Origin: Chloroflexota bacterium
Lineage (GTDB): Bacteria; Chloroflexota; Dehalococcoidia; Lucifugimonadales; UBA3495
Reading direction: 5' to 3'
NCBI GenBank assembly: GCA_027623675.1
Contig: JAQBVF010000007.1
Coordinates: forward strand, 56,272-120,271
Length of the DNA stretch: 64,000 bases
The notes under the pieces were generated by a model. That model had not been told where the DNA came from and ran no database searches. It worked only from the letters and a program-made list of their open reading frames with translations. Made by a program: the position numbers and the translations under genes. Of this stretch, positions 1 through 8,808 are shown piece after piece; the first letter of the stretch is position 1; each line of letters opens with the position of its first letter.

Positions 1-52
1 CGCCGATGTCCATTGATCCGCTATTTACGGCCACGTTTACGCCGATTTTCAT
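1..52 (-). CDS. 5' end of a gene running off the window, probably an LLM-class flavin-dependent oxidoreductase (MKIGVNVAVNSGSMDIG...)
   Basis: GGAGGAG RBS before ATG at 52; MKIGV start typical of LLM proteins; only 17 codons visible. Confidence 0.45.
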   Translation of the reverse strand, partial: MKIGVNVAVNSGSMDIG

Positions 53-211
53 CGCATCTCCTCCGATCGTTCTGCCTGGTGATTAGCCCGGTGAAAAAGT
101 GCCCCGATGGTACCACGCCTGGCTCGTATCAGTCGATTAATAATCAGACGGACTCAAAATACGGGGAAAGATAAGTTGGATTACAGCAATCGTATGATAA
201 GATATTTCGGT

Positions 212-772
212 ATGCAGCAGACACAGGAACAACCCCTCCACCGAGACGACCACCGGACCAAGCTGAATCTAACGATTATCTTCGCGTCGATCGTCGCCGT
301 GATTGGCATCTTCGGCCAACCGGTGCTGTTCGTGATGGGCGTCGGTGTGATGATTTACAGCTGGCTGACCAATCCGAAGCAGTACCTGATCTACCGCGAC
401 GCCTTGGTTATCATCTACGGCAAACCCAGGATCAAGGCCTTCCCCTTCCAAGAGATATCCCACCTGGAGACATTATCGCTGCCGATCGGCGAGCGGCTTC
501 GGGTGCGCATGGTGAACGGCCGCCGTATCATGCTGATGACCAAGGACCCGGAGACGTTCCGGGCCAAGCTGGACGAAGCTCTGGAGGCATTCCACGGCGA
601 ACAGCAGGGAACGGACTACAACCGGCCCCAAGAAAACCGGTCAAACGGCGGTCAGCCCGAGTTGACCGATACCGGATACCAACAGGAAGCCCAAGCCGAT
701 GCAACGCCGGAAGCGCCCCCTGAAGAGCATCGGGGCGAGAGTTCAACCGAGAACGACGACGTTCCCTACTAG
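212..772 (+). CDS. Membrane protein: two TM helices, a PH-like domain and an acidic disordered tail
   Basis: ORF 107..772, likely start at ATG 212; hydrophobic hairpin followed by a beta-rich segment. Confidence 0.6.
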   Translation: MQQTQEQPLHRDDHRTKLNLTIIFASIVAVIGIFGQPVLFVMGVGVMIYSWLTNPKQYLIYRDALVIIYGKPRIKAFPFQEISHLETLSLPIGERLRVRMVNGRRIMLMTKDPETFRAKLDEALEAFHGEQQGTDYNRPQENRSNGGQPELTDTGYQQEAQADATPEAPPEEHRGESSTENDDVPY

Positions 773-804
773 CGTCCGCCCGAGGGTTTTCAACCAGCAA
801 TACT

Positions 805-835
805 GCCCGGCCTCGACAAAATGGCCGGGCTTTTT
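805..835 (+). terminator. Rho-independent terminator
   Basis: GCCCGGCC..GGCCGGGC stem followed by TTTTT between convergent genes. Confidence 0.7.
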
Positions 836-874
836 GTTGCCTATCTTTGGGCGGACTGCCCGGCAAGAAGCCGG

Positions 875-1927
875 TTAAGGAAGCTGAATCTCTTTGGTGA
901 CTGCGGTGGTGTCGCCGAAGTTGCCGCAGTATAGGACGTGGTACGGCTCAGGCCCTCCGGAAACCGCCACGATTATGTCGTCGGCGGACCGGCAGGGGCA
1001 CACCAGGTCGCCGTCCATGGCGAAGCCGTCCTCGTAGGTGATTACCGAAGTCTCCTTGGGAAACCGGTCGATGGGCACCTTGCTGCGCTCGAATAGCTCC
1101 TGCTTGACCATCTGCTTGTTGTAGCCATTTTCCGCGAAGATACGGGAGTGACCGGGCGTAAGTATCACCAGCGGGTTGCCGGCGGCCAACAGGTAGTTGT
1201 TGTCGCTGATGTCGGCCATGGCGCTGGCGATCATGGTCAGGAAGCTCTCCGGCTCCTTATAGAAGGTGAGGCAGTTGCTGTAGCCCTGCGCTCCCACCAC
1301 GGTGACCGTGCTCTGCTCCGGCGAGAAACCGCGCTCCACATGCAGCGGCTCCCAGACGTTGTCCTCTTCGTTCTCGCCCATGCAGGCGCTGAACTTGGCG
1401 GCGCTGCCGTGGACCGCCATGTCGGTGGACCAGGGTTTGGCCCCGCCCACGTTCAGCAGCAACAGGCGCAGCGCGCGTCCGATGGTGGCGTTGGCCCGGT
1501 AGCCCGGCCCCAATGTGCCTCGGCCGCTGTTCAACCCGATCCGGCCTCGCACCGGACCGTTCACGATCATGAGCGGCGACGCCGGGTTGGTGGTGGTCTG
1601 CAGGCCGTGGATGTTGAAGGCCGGTTCGGTTACCGCCTGCACGGCGGCGATGAGGACAGGCATGTATTCCGGGAGACAACCAGCCATCACGGCGTTCACC
1701 GCGATCTTCTCAACCGTGGCGGCGCCGGCGTCGGGATTGATGTAACCCACCAACTCCGACGCATCCCGCCCCGCGTATTCCAGCATGGCCCGCACGCGGT
1801 CTGCGGTGGGCGGTATCACCGGCAGCCCGTCGGACCAGCCCTGGTCGATCATGAACTGGAATACGGCTTCGGGGGAGTCTTCGGACAATTCCATCTGAGA
1901 CGAAGTGAGGCGCGGGTCTACTGCCAT
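875..1927 (-). CDS. Conserved hypothetical protein, UGSC-selenoprotein partner (copy 1)
   Basis: 350 aa; motifs GWSDGLPVIPPT, TVEKIAVNAVMAGCLPEY, RANATIGRALRL shared with 26185..27243. Confidence 0.85.
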   Translation of the reverse strand: MAVDPRLTSSQMELSEDSPEAVFQFMIDQGWSDGLPVIPPTADRVRAMLEYAGRDASELVGYINPDAGAATVEKIAVNAVMAGCLPEYMPVLIAAVQAVTEPAFNIHGLQTTTNPASPLMIVNGPVRGRIGLNSGRGTLGPGYRANATIGRALRLLLLNVGGAKPWSTDMAVHGSAAKFSACMGENEEDNVWEPLHVERGFSPEQSTVTVVGAQGYSNCLTFYKEPESFLTMIASAMADISDNNYLLAAGNPLVILTPGHSRIFAENGYNKQMVKQELFERSKVPIDRFPKETSVITYEDGFAMDGDLVCPCRSADDIIVAVSGGPEPYHVLYCGNFGDTTAVTKEIQLP

Positions 1928-2089
1928 CCGTTACTCCTGTTTACAAACGTCTCAAAACAAAACCACTCCCTCCGATTCAATTGGAAGGAGCTGCGAGAAT
2001 CCTAGCTGGATCCAGTTTTTATCGTTCCCTGGGAGATCCGTCGATCTCTTAAAGAGGCCCACGGCTCCCGCACGGGGCGAAAGCCAGGC

Positions 2090-2298
2090 CTACAGGCTCT
2101 TCGCCCTGTGGTCCAGGACGGCCCTCACTTGGGCGTCGGTCACCCCAGGGAACCATTCAAGAAACTGCGATGTCTGGGCCCCGTCCTCCAGATTCTCGAA
2201 CAGCGCGGAAACCGGAACGCGGTTGCCACGAAATACCCAATCGCCGCTAACCCGCTGCAAAAAAGCACAACTGCTGCGCACGAAGACCAATCCAACAT
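2090..2298 (-). pseudogene. DUF433-family (antitoxin-like) gene, frameshifted
   Basis: ATG 2298 gives MLDWSSCAAV; after a T6 run the DUF433-like sequence RVSGDWVFRGNRVPVSALFENLEDG..FLEWFPGV continues in another frame. Confidence 0.65.
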
Positions 2299-2415
2299 AG
2301 CCAAATTTTACCTGCCGTATATCCGCCGTTCAATTCGTCTAAATGCCTTCATCCCAACAACAAGTTTGTTGGGGGCCTCATCATCCGCAAACTCTGATCA
2401 ATCTTTCCACACATA

Positions 2416-2635
2416 TCAGCGCCCTTGGAGAAACTCTTGGACGGTCATGTCTCTGGCGACCTGTCTGAGCAGTGGCGGGGCGATATCCCGGCCTTGATGA
2501 AATGGGGACCGTGGTTGCGCGTCCATCGAGGTGTCCATTTCGCCGGTGCGATCCCCGTCTGCGAACCTCGACGAAACCAAAGCGAACCAGAATCGCGGCA
2601 ACTTCGCGGGGGCGCAATACCGGGGAGTTACGCAT
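2416..2635 (-). pseudogene. hicA: HicA-family mRNA interferase toxin, frameshifted
   Basis: MRNSPVLRPREVAAILVRFGFVEVRRRGSH..DGRATTVP in one frame; FHQGRDIAPPLLRQVARD continues in another frame after an extra C in GTCCCCATTT (~2503-2508). Confidence 0.75.
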
Positions 2636-2640
2636 GCTGG

Positions 2641-2847
2641 CTACACTGTCACGCGTTGAGTGCCGACAAATTCTCCTTCCAGCTCAGGGTCCCCGTCCTC
2701 AAGCAGCATCGCGATGACCTCTTTCAAGTTTTCGTTTAATTCATCAAGGCTTGCCGCTTGGGAGTGGGCTCCTGGAAAACCAGGCACGTAACCGACATAC
2801 AATCCGGTCGCCGGATCCTTTTCGATAACCGCTGTGTATTCTTTCAT
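2641..2847 (-). CDS. hicB: HicB-family antitoxin (short form)
   Basis: MKEYTAVIEKDPATGLYVGYVPGFPGAHSQAASLDELNENLKEVIAMLLED; directly upstream of hicA. Confidence 0.85.
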   Translation of the reverse strand: MKEYTAVIEKDPATGLYVGYVPGFPGAHSQAASLDELNENLKEVIAMLLEDGDPELEGEFVGTQRVTV

Positions 2848-2894
2848 GGTTGGTCCTCGGGCTAATGGAATCCACGGAACACAGGTGCCCACGA

Positions 2895-2924
2895 TACCGT
2901 TCTAACGGGCCCGTTAGAACGGTA
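2895..2924. repeat. Perfect 30-bp palindrome TACCGTTCTAACGGG|CCCGTTAGAACGGTA
   Basis: Read directly; lies between the UGSC-1 stop and the hicB start. Confidence 0.9.
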
Positions 2925-2944
2925 GTACCTTGGCTTTCTTGGGG

Positions 2945-3484
2945 CTATTCCGGCTCGCGTAGCTGGGCGATTATCAGTTCTACGGCCTCTTTGGCCACGG
3001 AGCGCACCACGTCGGGCTCGACGTACTCGGTGAGTTCGGTCTTGGGCAGGACGACCATGGGCGCGTCGGGCATGCCGTTGCCCCGCATGGAAGCCTTGGC
3101 CAGGGTGGTGAACCGCTCGGTTACCAAGACCACCGAGGGCATGCCGCTCTTGATCAGTTTAACGCTGTCGTGGACACTCCACGCGGTGCAGGAACCTCAA
3201 TTTGCCAGGCCGACTATGGCCAGTTGGGCGCGCGCCTCCACCTCGTCGAAGGTCGCTTGGGGAGCCGCCGAGGCCAGGGGGATCAACCTCTCAAAGACTT
3301 CGGTCACACCGTACTGTTCCTTGAGGATGATGCCGATCTGCTCGGAGATGATGTTCATGCTGGTCCAGCGGTTGTTCAGTATGGCGACCGTGGCGCCTTG
3401 CAGATCGTTTATGTGGGGGATGTGGCCGTCCATGGGACGCCACGCCTCCGCCGCCGGGCTGAGGATCGACATCTTGTTGACCAT
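2945..3484 (-). CDS. UGSC-motif selenoprotein (copy 1), ~179 aa, Sec at TGA 3197-3199
   Basis: ORFs 3197..3508 and 2945..3142 are in frame and separated by one TGA, reading VGLAN-U-GSCTAWSVHD; AAGGAG RBS 7 nt before ATG 3484; SECIS-like hairpin. Confidence 0.85.
3169..3183 (-). promoter_or_regulatory. Putative bacterial SECIS element
   Basis: CGUGGA-GUG-UCCACG hairpin starting 13 nt after the UGA. Confidence 0.65.
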
Positions 3485-3522
3485 GGCCATGCTCCTTCGC
3501 CTCTCCAAAGGTGAATCCGGAC

Positions 3523-4149
3523 CTAGCGGTTGGCGGCCGCGCTCTTTGCCGGGTCATACACCGGGCGGACCATCTCGTAACGGTCGCTGGTGCGGCAGTA
3601 CATGTTGCCCGCCATGCGGCCGGTGGCCATGAGCTTCTCCTGGTCGATGCGGTGCCCGTTGATAATGTCGTCACGGACGTGCATCAAGACGATGGTGCCG
3701 ATAACCAGTCCATGCTCGTGGTCACCGGAGCCGATCTGCACCACCTGGTCCAGCTTACATTCGATGTTCACCGGAGATTCAAGCACCCTGGGGGCTTTGA
3801 CGATATCCGAGGGTGCATGGGTCAGCCCGGCAATCTCGAACTCATCCACGCCCTCGGGGAATTCGGCCGCGGTGGCATTCATCGCCTCAGCAATGGGATC
3901 TACCACGATGTTCACCACGAACTCGCCGGTCTCTTCGATGTTCCGCAGGGTGTCCTTGCTCTTGTTACCAACGTGCCGGGAAGACGAGAAAACGACGGTG
4001 GTGTAGGACACGGCATTGAAGAATGAGTAAGGCGCCAGGTTGACCACGCCGTCGGGGGACACGGAAGATACGAACGCGATGGGCCTGGGAACGATCACTC
4101 CGGTGAGGACGCGGTTGAAACCTTCAAATGTATTTGGGTCGATCTTCAA
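3523..4149 (-). CDS. Flavin reductase family protein
   Basis: VPRPIAFVSS, NLAPYSFFN, KDTLRNIEETGEFVVN motifs. Confidence 0.9.
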   Translation of the reverse strand: MKIDPNTFEGFNRVLTGVIVPRPIAFVSSVSPDGVVNLAPYSFFNAVSYTTVVFSSSRHVGNKSKDTLRNIEETGEFVVNIVVDPIAEAMNATAAEFPEGVDEFEIAGLTHAPSDIVKAPRVLESPVNIECKLDQVVQIGSGDHEHGLVIGTIVLMHVRDDIINGHRIDQEKLMATGRMAGNMYCRTSDRYEMVRPVYDPAKSAAANR

Positions 4150-4257
4150 GTAATTACCTCTACCGGGGGAGTCCCGGCTGCCTTATGATTTTATGTGGGT
4201 TGTTTCTGGGGGCTATCTCGTGGGAATTATATAGACCGCCAGGGGAGACGCCAAGTT

Positions 4258-4286
4258 TTGACAATCGAAAGTGCCACTGTTATGTT
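4258..4286 (+). promoter_or_regulatory. Sigma70-type promoter for the decarboxylase pair
   Basis: TTGACA-17 bp-TATGTT with extended -10 TG. Confidence 0.6.
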
Positions 4287-4367
4287 GGTAGCCGCTCACG
4301 CCTGGGGCCTCTCACGTGCTTTTCGGCCGGTCACCAGGGAGCTACTAGGGCCATTGGAGACAGATAC

Positions 4368-4874
4368 ATGAACTGGGCGGAAATGATAGTCAAAGCGCTC
4401 AAGGACTGGGATACGTCCTTGATTGCCTATGTGCCGGACATATCCATCCATCGGGTGACCAGCCTGATCGAGGCCGACCCCTACTTCAGATTGGTCGCGG
4501 CCACCAGAGAGGAGGAGGCCATCGGCATCGCGGTCGGGTCTTACGCGGCGGGCCGCAACGCAGCCGTATTCATGCAATCCAGCGGGTTCGGCAATAGCGT
4601 AAACGCCCTGGCCAGCCTGTGCATCCCATCCAGAACGCCCATCCCCATGTTCGTCAATCTGCGGGGCGGGCCCGGCGAGTTCAACATCGCCCAGGTGGCC
4701 ATGGGACAAGCCGTCCGGCCTATCATGGACCAGTTGGGGCTGGTTCACTTCACACTGGACGACGACCGGAACATGGAAAAGTTGCTCGACGGCGCCATGA
4801 AGCTTTGCCACGCCAACCGGCAGCCCTTGGCGGTGTGCATGACCCAATTGCTGCACGGAGGCAAACTTGCGTAG
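4368..4874 (+). CDS. TPP-dependent decarboxylase alpha subunit (sulfopyruvate decarboxylase ComD-like / phosphonopyruvate decarboxylase-like)
   Basis: YVPD, TREEEAIGIAVG, MQSSGFGNSVNAL, LRGGPGEFNIAQ. Confidence 0.8.
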   Translation: MNWAEMIVKALKDWDTSLIAYVPDISIHRVTSLIEADPYFRLVAATREEEAIGIAVGSYAAGRNAAVFMQSSGFGNSVNALASLCIPSRTPIPMFVNLRGGPGEFNIAQVAMGQAVRPIMDQLGLVHFTLDDDRNMEKLLDGAMKLCHANRQPLAVCMTQLLHGGKLA

Positions 4875-5439
4875 ATTCGAAGGCACACAAATGATTTTGC
4901 GTTTGGCGGGCGATGCGCCCATCGTCAGCAACCTTGGTCCCGGGTCTGACGACCTTTGGCACGCCGGACACCGCGACCGCAATTTCTACACCTACGGCAA
5001 CATGGGGCTTTGCTCGTCCCTGGCGCTGGGCATGGCCATGGCCACCGACGAACAGGTCATTTCCCTGGACGGCGACGGTTCGCTCCTGATGAACCTGGGA
5101 ACGATCGCATCCATCGGGCGGGAGCAGCCCAAGAACCTGACGGTGGTGGTATGGGACAACGAAAAGTGGGGCCAGACCGGCGGGCAGACCAGCCACACCG
5201 GCATGGGGACCGACCTGGAGCAGGTAGCCCGAAGCTGCGGGATCGCCCGCACGAAGACCGTGTCGGACCTGGAAGACTTGGAAGCCGCAGTGTCCGAGGC
5301 GCTGGCGACTGACGGCCCCAATTTCATAGTAGCCAAGATCGATGAGGGCGAATATCTGCCGGTGGCCCCGGTGGAGCCCGAGTTCACCCTATACCGTTTC
5401 CGGAACACCTTCGTGGAACAGCGACAGCCCGGCCACTAG
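4867..5439 (+). CDS. TPP-dependent decarboxylase beta subunit (ComE-like)
   Basis: GNMGL and DGDGSLLMNLG..WDN TPP-binding motif; overlaps the alpha-subunit stop. Confidence 0.8.
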   Translation: MRRFEGTQMILRLAGDAPIVSNLGPGSDDLWHAGHRDRNFYTYGNMGLCSSLALGMAMATDEQVISLDGDGSLLMNLGTIASIGREQPKNLTVVVWDNEKWGQTGGQTSHTGMGTDLEQVARSCGIARTKTVSDLEDLEAAVSEALATDGPNFIVAKIDEGEYLPVAPVEPEFTLYRFRNTFVEQRQPGH

Positions 5440-5461
5440 CCCCCGATACCGTGGCGCAATC

Positions 5462-5501
5462 ACAAAAGGCCCGTTCATCAACCGACGAACGGGCCTTTTG
5501 T
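5462..5501. terminator. Bidirectional terminator
   Basis: ACAAAAGGCCCGTTC..GAACGGGCCTTTTGT between convergent genes. Confidence 0.8.
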
Positions 5502-5524
5502 TGTCGTTGGCCGCTGAGAGACTT

Positions 5525-6265
5525 CTAACTGACTTTGGCCCCGGCCTGCATCTTTTGGATCGCGCCGTCCAGTTCTTCTAGGTCGAACAGGTGGGGGCCG
5601 GCGCCGCCGTGGTAAACGACTTTGCCGTCCTTGCCGATCAGGTACAGGCGCTCCGGGGCAGCCCCGTAAGCCTCGTCGATGGCGTTGTCCATCTCTTCAA
5701 CCAAGGTTGGAAGTGAGATGTGCAGCCCGATGGTGCAGGACTGGGCGGCCTCTTCCCGTTCCTCGTAGCTTTGGTGTTGGCGCAGCAGGACACCTTCCTC
5801 GACATTGGAATCGGTCTGCCAGCCGTCGGTGGGGTGGGCCTCTTGAACGTAAACCACGAAGAACTCGATGTGGTCCTGGTACTGGCTGTAGAGTTGCTCC
5901 ATGCGCTCAACCTGAGCGCGGAAGGGCGGTCAAGTGTAGCTGCCAAAGATCAGGGCCACGGGCCGTTTATCTTTGAAGCTGGACAGCCGGACCCGCTCCT
6001 CCGAGCCCGCCCGCTTTAGTTCGAAATCGGGGGGCACATCGCCAACGTGAGGGCCCATCTCGTCCCGGGCCACCACTGCTTCCATGGCCTCGCGCAGGAT
6101 GGGGGTCAGGTTTCCGCCGATCGCCTCTAGCATCTCGCGGGCCGGCATCTGACCGACGGTCGTCCCCTCGCGTTTTGCCCGGTAGTCGTCCATGAACCGC
6201 CGGAACAGTTTCCGGTCATCGCCCTGAAGGTTCCCCAGTATCTGGTCTCGGTCTGCTTTCAGCAT
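5525..6265 (-). CDS. Iodothyronine-deiodinase-like selenoprotein, ~246 aa, Sec at TGA 5930-5932
   Basis: In-frame ORFs 5930..6337 and 5525..5902 give RPVALIFGSYT-U-PPFR; also VYVQEAHPTDGW and YGAAPERLY deiodinase motifs; SECIS-like hairpin. Confidence 0.88.
5903..5919 (-). promoter_or_regulatory. Putative bacterial SECIS element
   Basis: Perfect GCGCUCA-GGU-UGAGCGC hairpin 10 nt after the UGA. Confidence 0.7.
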
Positions 6266-6407
6266 ATCGGCCTTCCCCTTGAGCGCGGGCGCAGATTGAT
6301 TCGGGGCTATTGTATTCGCCGTGCCTGGCGATAACAACCCGTCGGACCAGACCCCACCGCCAGTGGGGACGACCAGGACGGACCTCTCGTGTCACCCGGA
6401 GTAGAAA

Positions 6408-6439
6408 GACCCGGAGGACGCGGCTGCGTCCTCCGGGTC
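6408..6439 (-). terminator. Strong hairpin, probable terminator of the dienelactone hydrolase gene
   Basis: GACCCGGAGGACGC..GCGTCCTCCGGGTC 14-bp stem, TTT on the minus strand. Confidence 0.6.
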
Positions 6440-6477
6440 AATCATGTTCAAGCTAGGCCTGGACTGGGAACGTTGGG

Positions 6478-7245
6478 TTATTTGACGTATTTGTCGAACC
6501 AGCCTAGGGTGCGGGAGAAGGCGTCCTTGGCGGCCGCCTCGTTGTAGCTGCCCCGGTCGTCACAGTTGAAGCCGTGACCGGCGCCGGGGTAGGACTTGAA
6601 GTCGTAGGTCACGCCTGCTCCCTTAACTGTGGCCTCAATGGTTGCCACGTCGGCGGGTGACGGGTTCTCGTCCAACTCGCCGAAGTTGCCCATCACGGGA
6701 ATCTTGATTTTGTTGGTGAGAACGATGGGAGCGGGACCGTCGCCGAACGGCACCAGGATGCGCCCGCCGTAGTAGACCGATGCGGCGCTCAGGCCCGGGC
6801 AGCTGGCGGCGGCCAGGTAGGCGATCCGTCCGCCCACGCAGTACCCGACGATACCGATCTTGTTGCCGGCGGTCCGTTGGTTCCGGTGTTGCAGATAATC
6901 AATGGCAACGTTGATGTCTTCAACGATCTCGTCGTCGCGCAACGCTCCCATGTATTGCTGCACCGCGGGCATCTCGTCGTATCCCAGTTTGGGATTGGGA
7001 TGCTGGCGGTGGTATAGGGCAGGGGCAATGGCTACGTAGCCATTGGCGGCGTACTGGTCGCAAACCTTTTCGATATGGCCGGTGACCCCAAAAGCCTCCA
7101 TGATAACGATAACAGCCGGGAAACTGTTTCCCTTGGAAGGTGAGGGACTGCTGACATAGGTCACCATGTCCTGCCCCTGCGCGCCGTGCAAGTCGTCCAT
7201 TTCCCGCTCGCCGGGAAATCTTAGATTCTCCCAAAACGATGGCAT
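6478..7245 (-). CDS. Dienelactone hydrolase family protein
   Basis: EAFGV, GYCVGG nucleophile Cys, YPGAGHGF His motif. Confidence 0.92.
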   Translation of the reverse strand: MPSFWENLRFPGEREMDDLHGAQGQDMVTYVSSPSPSKGNSFPAVIVIMEAFGVTGHIEKVCDQYAANGYVAIAPALYHRQHPNPKLGYDEMPAVQQYMGALRDDEIVEDINVAIDYLQHRNQRTAGNKIGIVGYCVGGRIAYLAAASCPGLSAASVYYGGRILVPFGDGPAPIVLTNKIKIPVMGNFGELDENPSPADVATIEATVKGAGVTYDFKSYPGAGHGFNCDDRGSYNEAAAKDAFSRTLGWFDKYVK

Positions 7246-7596
7246 ATAGATACCTCCTTAACCGTACCGATGTCACCCGCTATAATCCGTCTGCGTCCCG
7301 AACTGCCGTCTGATTTGCCTGCAGCTCGTGAATCGCCCAAATTCTCAGACCAGCGAGGTTCGTGAAGATTCTAGCAGAGGGCATAGTCGCGCACAAGCGC
7401 GGATTTTCCGTGACTGTATCGGGCATGTCTTGACCTCCAGCGGTCCGCCGGTGCTATATTGCAGAGTCCCGTCCACGAGATAACCCGCACCGGTTTCAGG
7501 ATAAACCGGCCCTGGGAGCATGCTTTGGACCGGCCGCGGCGCATCGATGCGATTCGCAACGGTGTTTGGAAGCGGTCAAATCTTGAGGAGAGAGTA

Positions 7597-8436
7597 GTGC
7601 GAAAAACCAATATCAGAGTCTTGGCTGAGATGAAGGCCCGCGGCGAAAAGATCCCAATGATCACGGCATATGATTATACCTCGGCCCAATTGGCCAGCTT
7701 GGCCGGCATACCCCTGTTGTTGGTGGGGGACAGCCTGGGTATGGTCGTGCTTGGCTACGATTCGACCATCCCGGTGACCATGGAGGACATGCTGCATCAC
7801 ACCAAAGCTGTCGCCAGGGGCGCCAAGGAGTCGATGATCGTGGCCGACCTGCCATTCATGAGCTACCAGATCGACGCCAAACAAGCCATGACCAACGCCG
7901 CCAGGTTGGTGCAAGAGGGGGGCGCCCAGGCCGTCAAGCTTGAGGGTGGCGAGAAGATATCCCCAACCGTAGCCCGGATCGTGGACTCGGGTATCCCGGT
8001 CATGGGCCACATCGGATTAACCCCCCAGTCGGTGCACACGCTGGGCGGCTACCGGGTCCAGGGACGGCAACGGAACGAGGCGGCGCGACTGCTCAAGGAC
8101 GCCAAAGCACTAGAAGCGGCAGGGGCGTTCGCCCTGGTATTGGAGGTGGTGCCGGCTCCCCTGGCTGGTCTAATCACCCGGCAGTTAAGGATTCCCACCA
8201 TCGGGATCGGCGCCGGCACCGGCTGCGATGGGCAGGTGCAGGTTTTGCATGACATGTTGGGGCTATATACCGATGTCGTGCCCAAGCATGCCAAGCGGTA
8301 TGCCGAACTGGCCGAATCGATGCGGTCTGCCTTGGTCCAATATGCCCAGGAGGTTGAGGCGGGTTCGTTCCCGGCTGAGGAACATTCTTTCTCCATGAAT
8401 GAGTCTCTGCTGGAAGGGTTGACGGACGCCCAGTAA
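7597..8436 (+). CDS. panB: 3-methyl-2-oxobutanoate hydroxymethyltransferase
   Basis: [42 protein letters not shown] before GTG 7597. Confidence 0.97.
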   Translation: MRKTNIRVLAEMKARGEKIPMITAYDYTSAQLASLAGIPLLLVGDSLGMVVLGYDSTIPVTMEDMLHHTKAVARGAKESMIVADLPFMSYQIDAKQAMTNAARLVQEGGAQAVKLEGGEKISPTVARIVDSGIPVMGHIGLTPQSVHTLGGYRVQGRQRNEAARLLKDAKALEAAGAFALVLEVVPAPLAGLITRQLRIPTIGIGAGTGCDGQVQVLHDMLGLYTDVVPKHAKRYAELAESMRSALVQYAQEVEAGSFPAEEHSFSMNESLLEGLTDAQ

Positions 8437-8498
8437 CCCCGCCGCGGGCCATCCGGCCGTGCGGGAAGATTCAGACCTCCCGCAATATCACCAAAACA

Positions 8499-8770
8499 TG
8501 AGTCATCCCGGGGTTTCATCATGGGTAGCACGCTACCGGTCAGATGCAGTCATTACGGCGAAAGGCGAAATGACGGTCGTTCAGAGCAACCACACTCGCC
8601 GCCTGTCATTCTAATCCTTCCCGAGAAGGAGAAGAATCTCTTTGCTTGACTTCAAAGTTGCTATCGTGCCGCGGGACCGGCAGTTGGTCTCCCATCAGCA
8701 ACGAGATTCCTCTCTTCGATCGGAATGACAAAGGCCGCGGCATCCACCCACCAAACTCCGGGACGACTCA
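8499..8770. mobile_element. 272-bp MITE/REP-composite element, copy 1
   Basis: 18-bp terminal IR (TGAGTCATCCCGGGGTTT / AAACTCCGGGACGACTCA); internal GTCATTC..GAATCTC / GAGATTC..GAATGAC IR; homologous to 20447..20718. Confidence 0.75.
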
Positions 8771-8808
8771 TTTTGGGTTTCCCCGGACCTGTTCCTAAGG
8801 TTGCCAGG

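Noticed and set aside
2945..3508. Treating the TGA-split ORFs (also 5525..6337 and 27414..27956) as pseudogenes or separate small genes
   Set aside because: The TGA sits at a redox-motif position, is conserved between paralogs and is followed by SECIS-like hairpins
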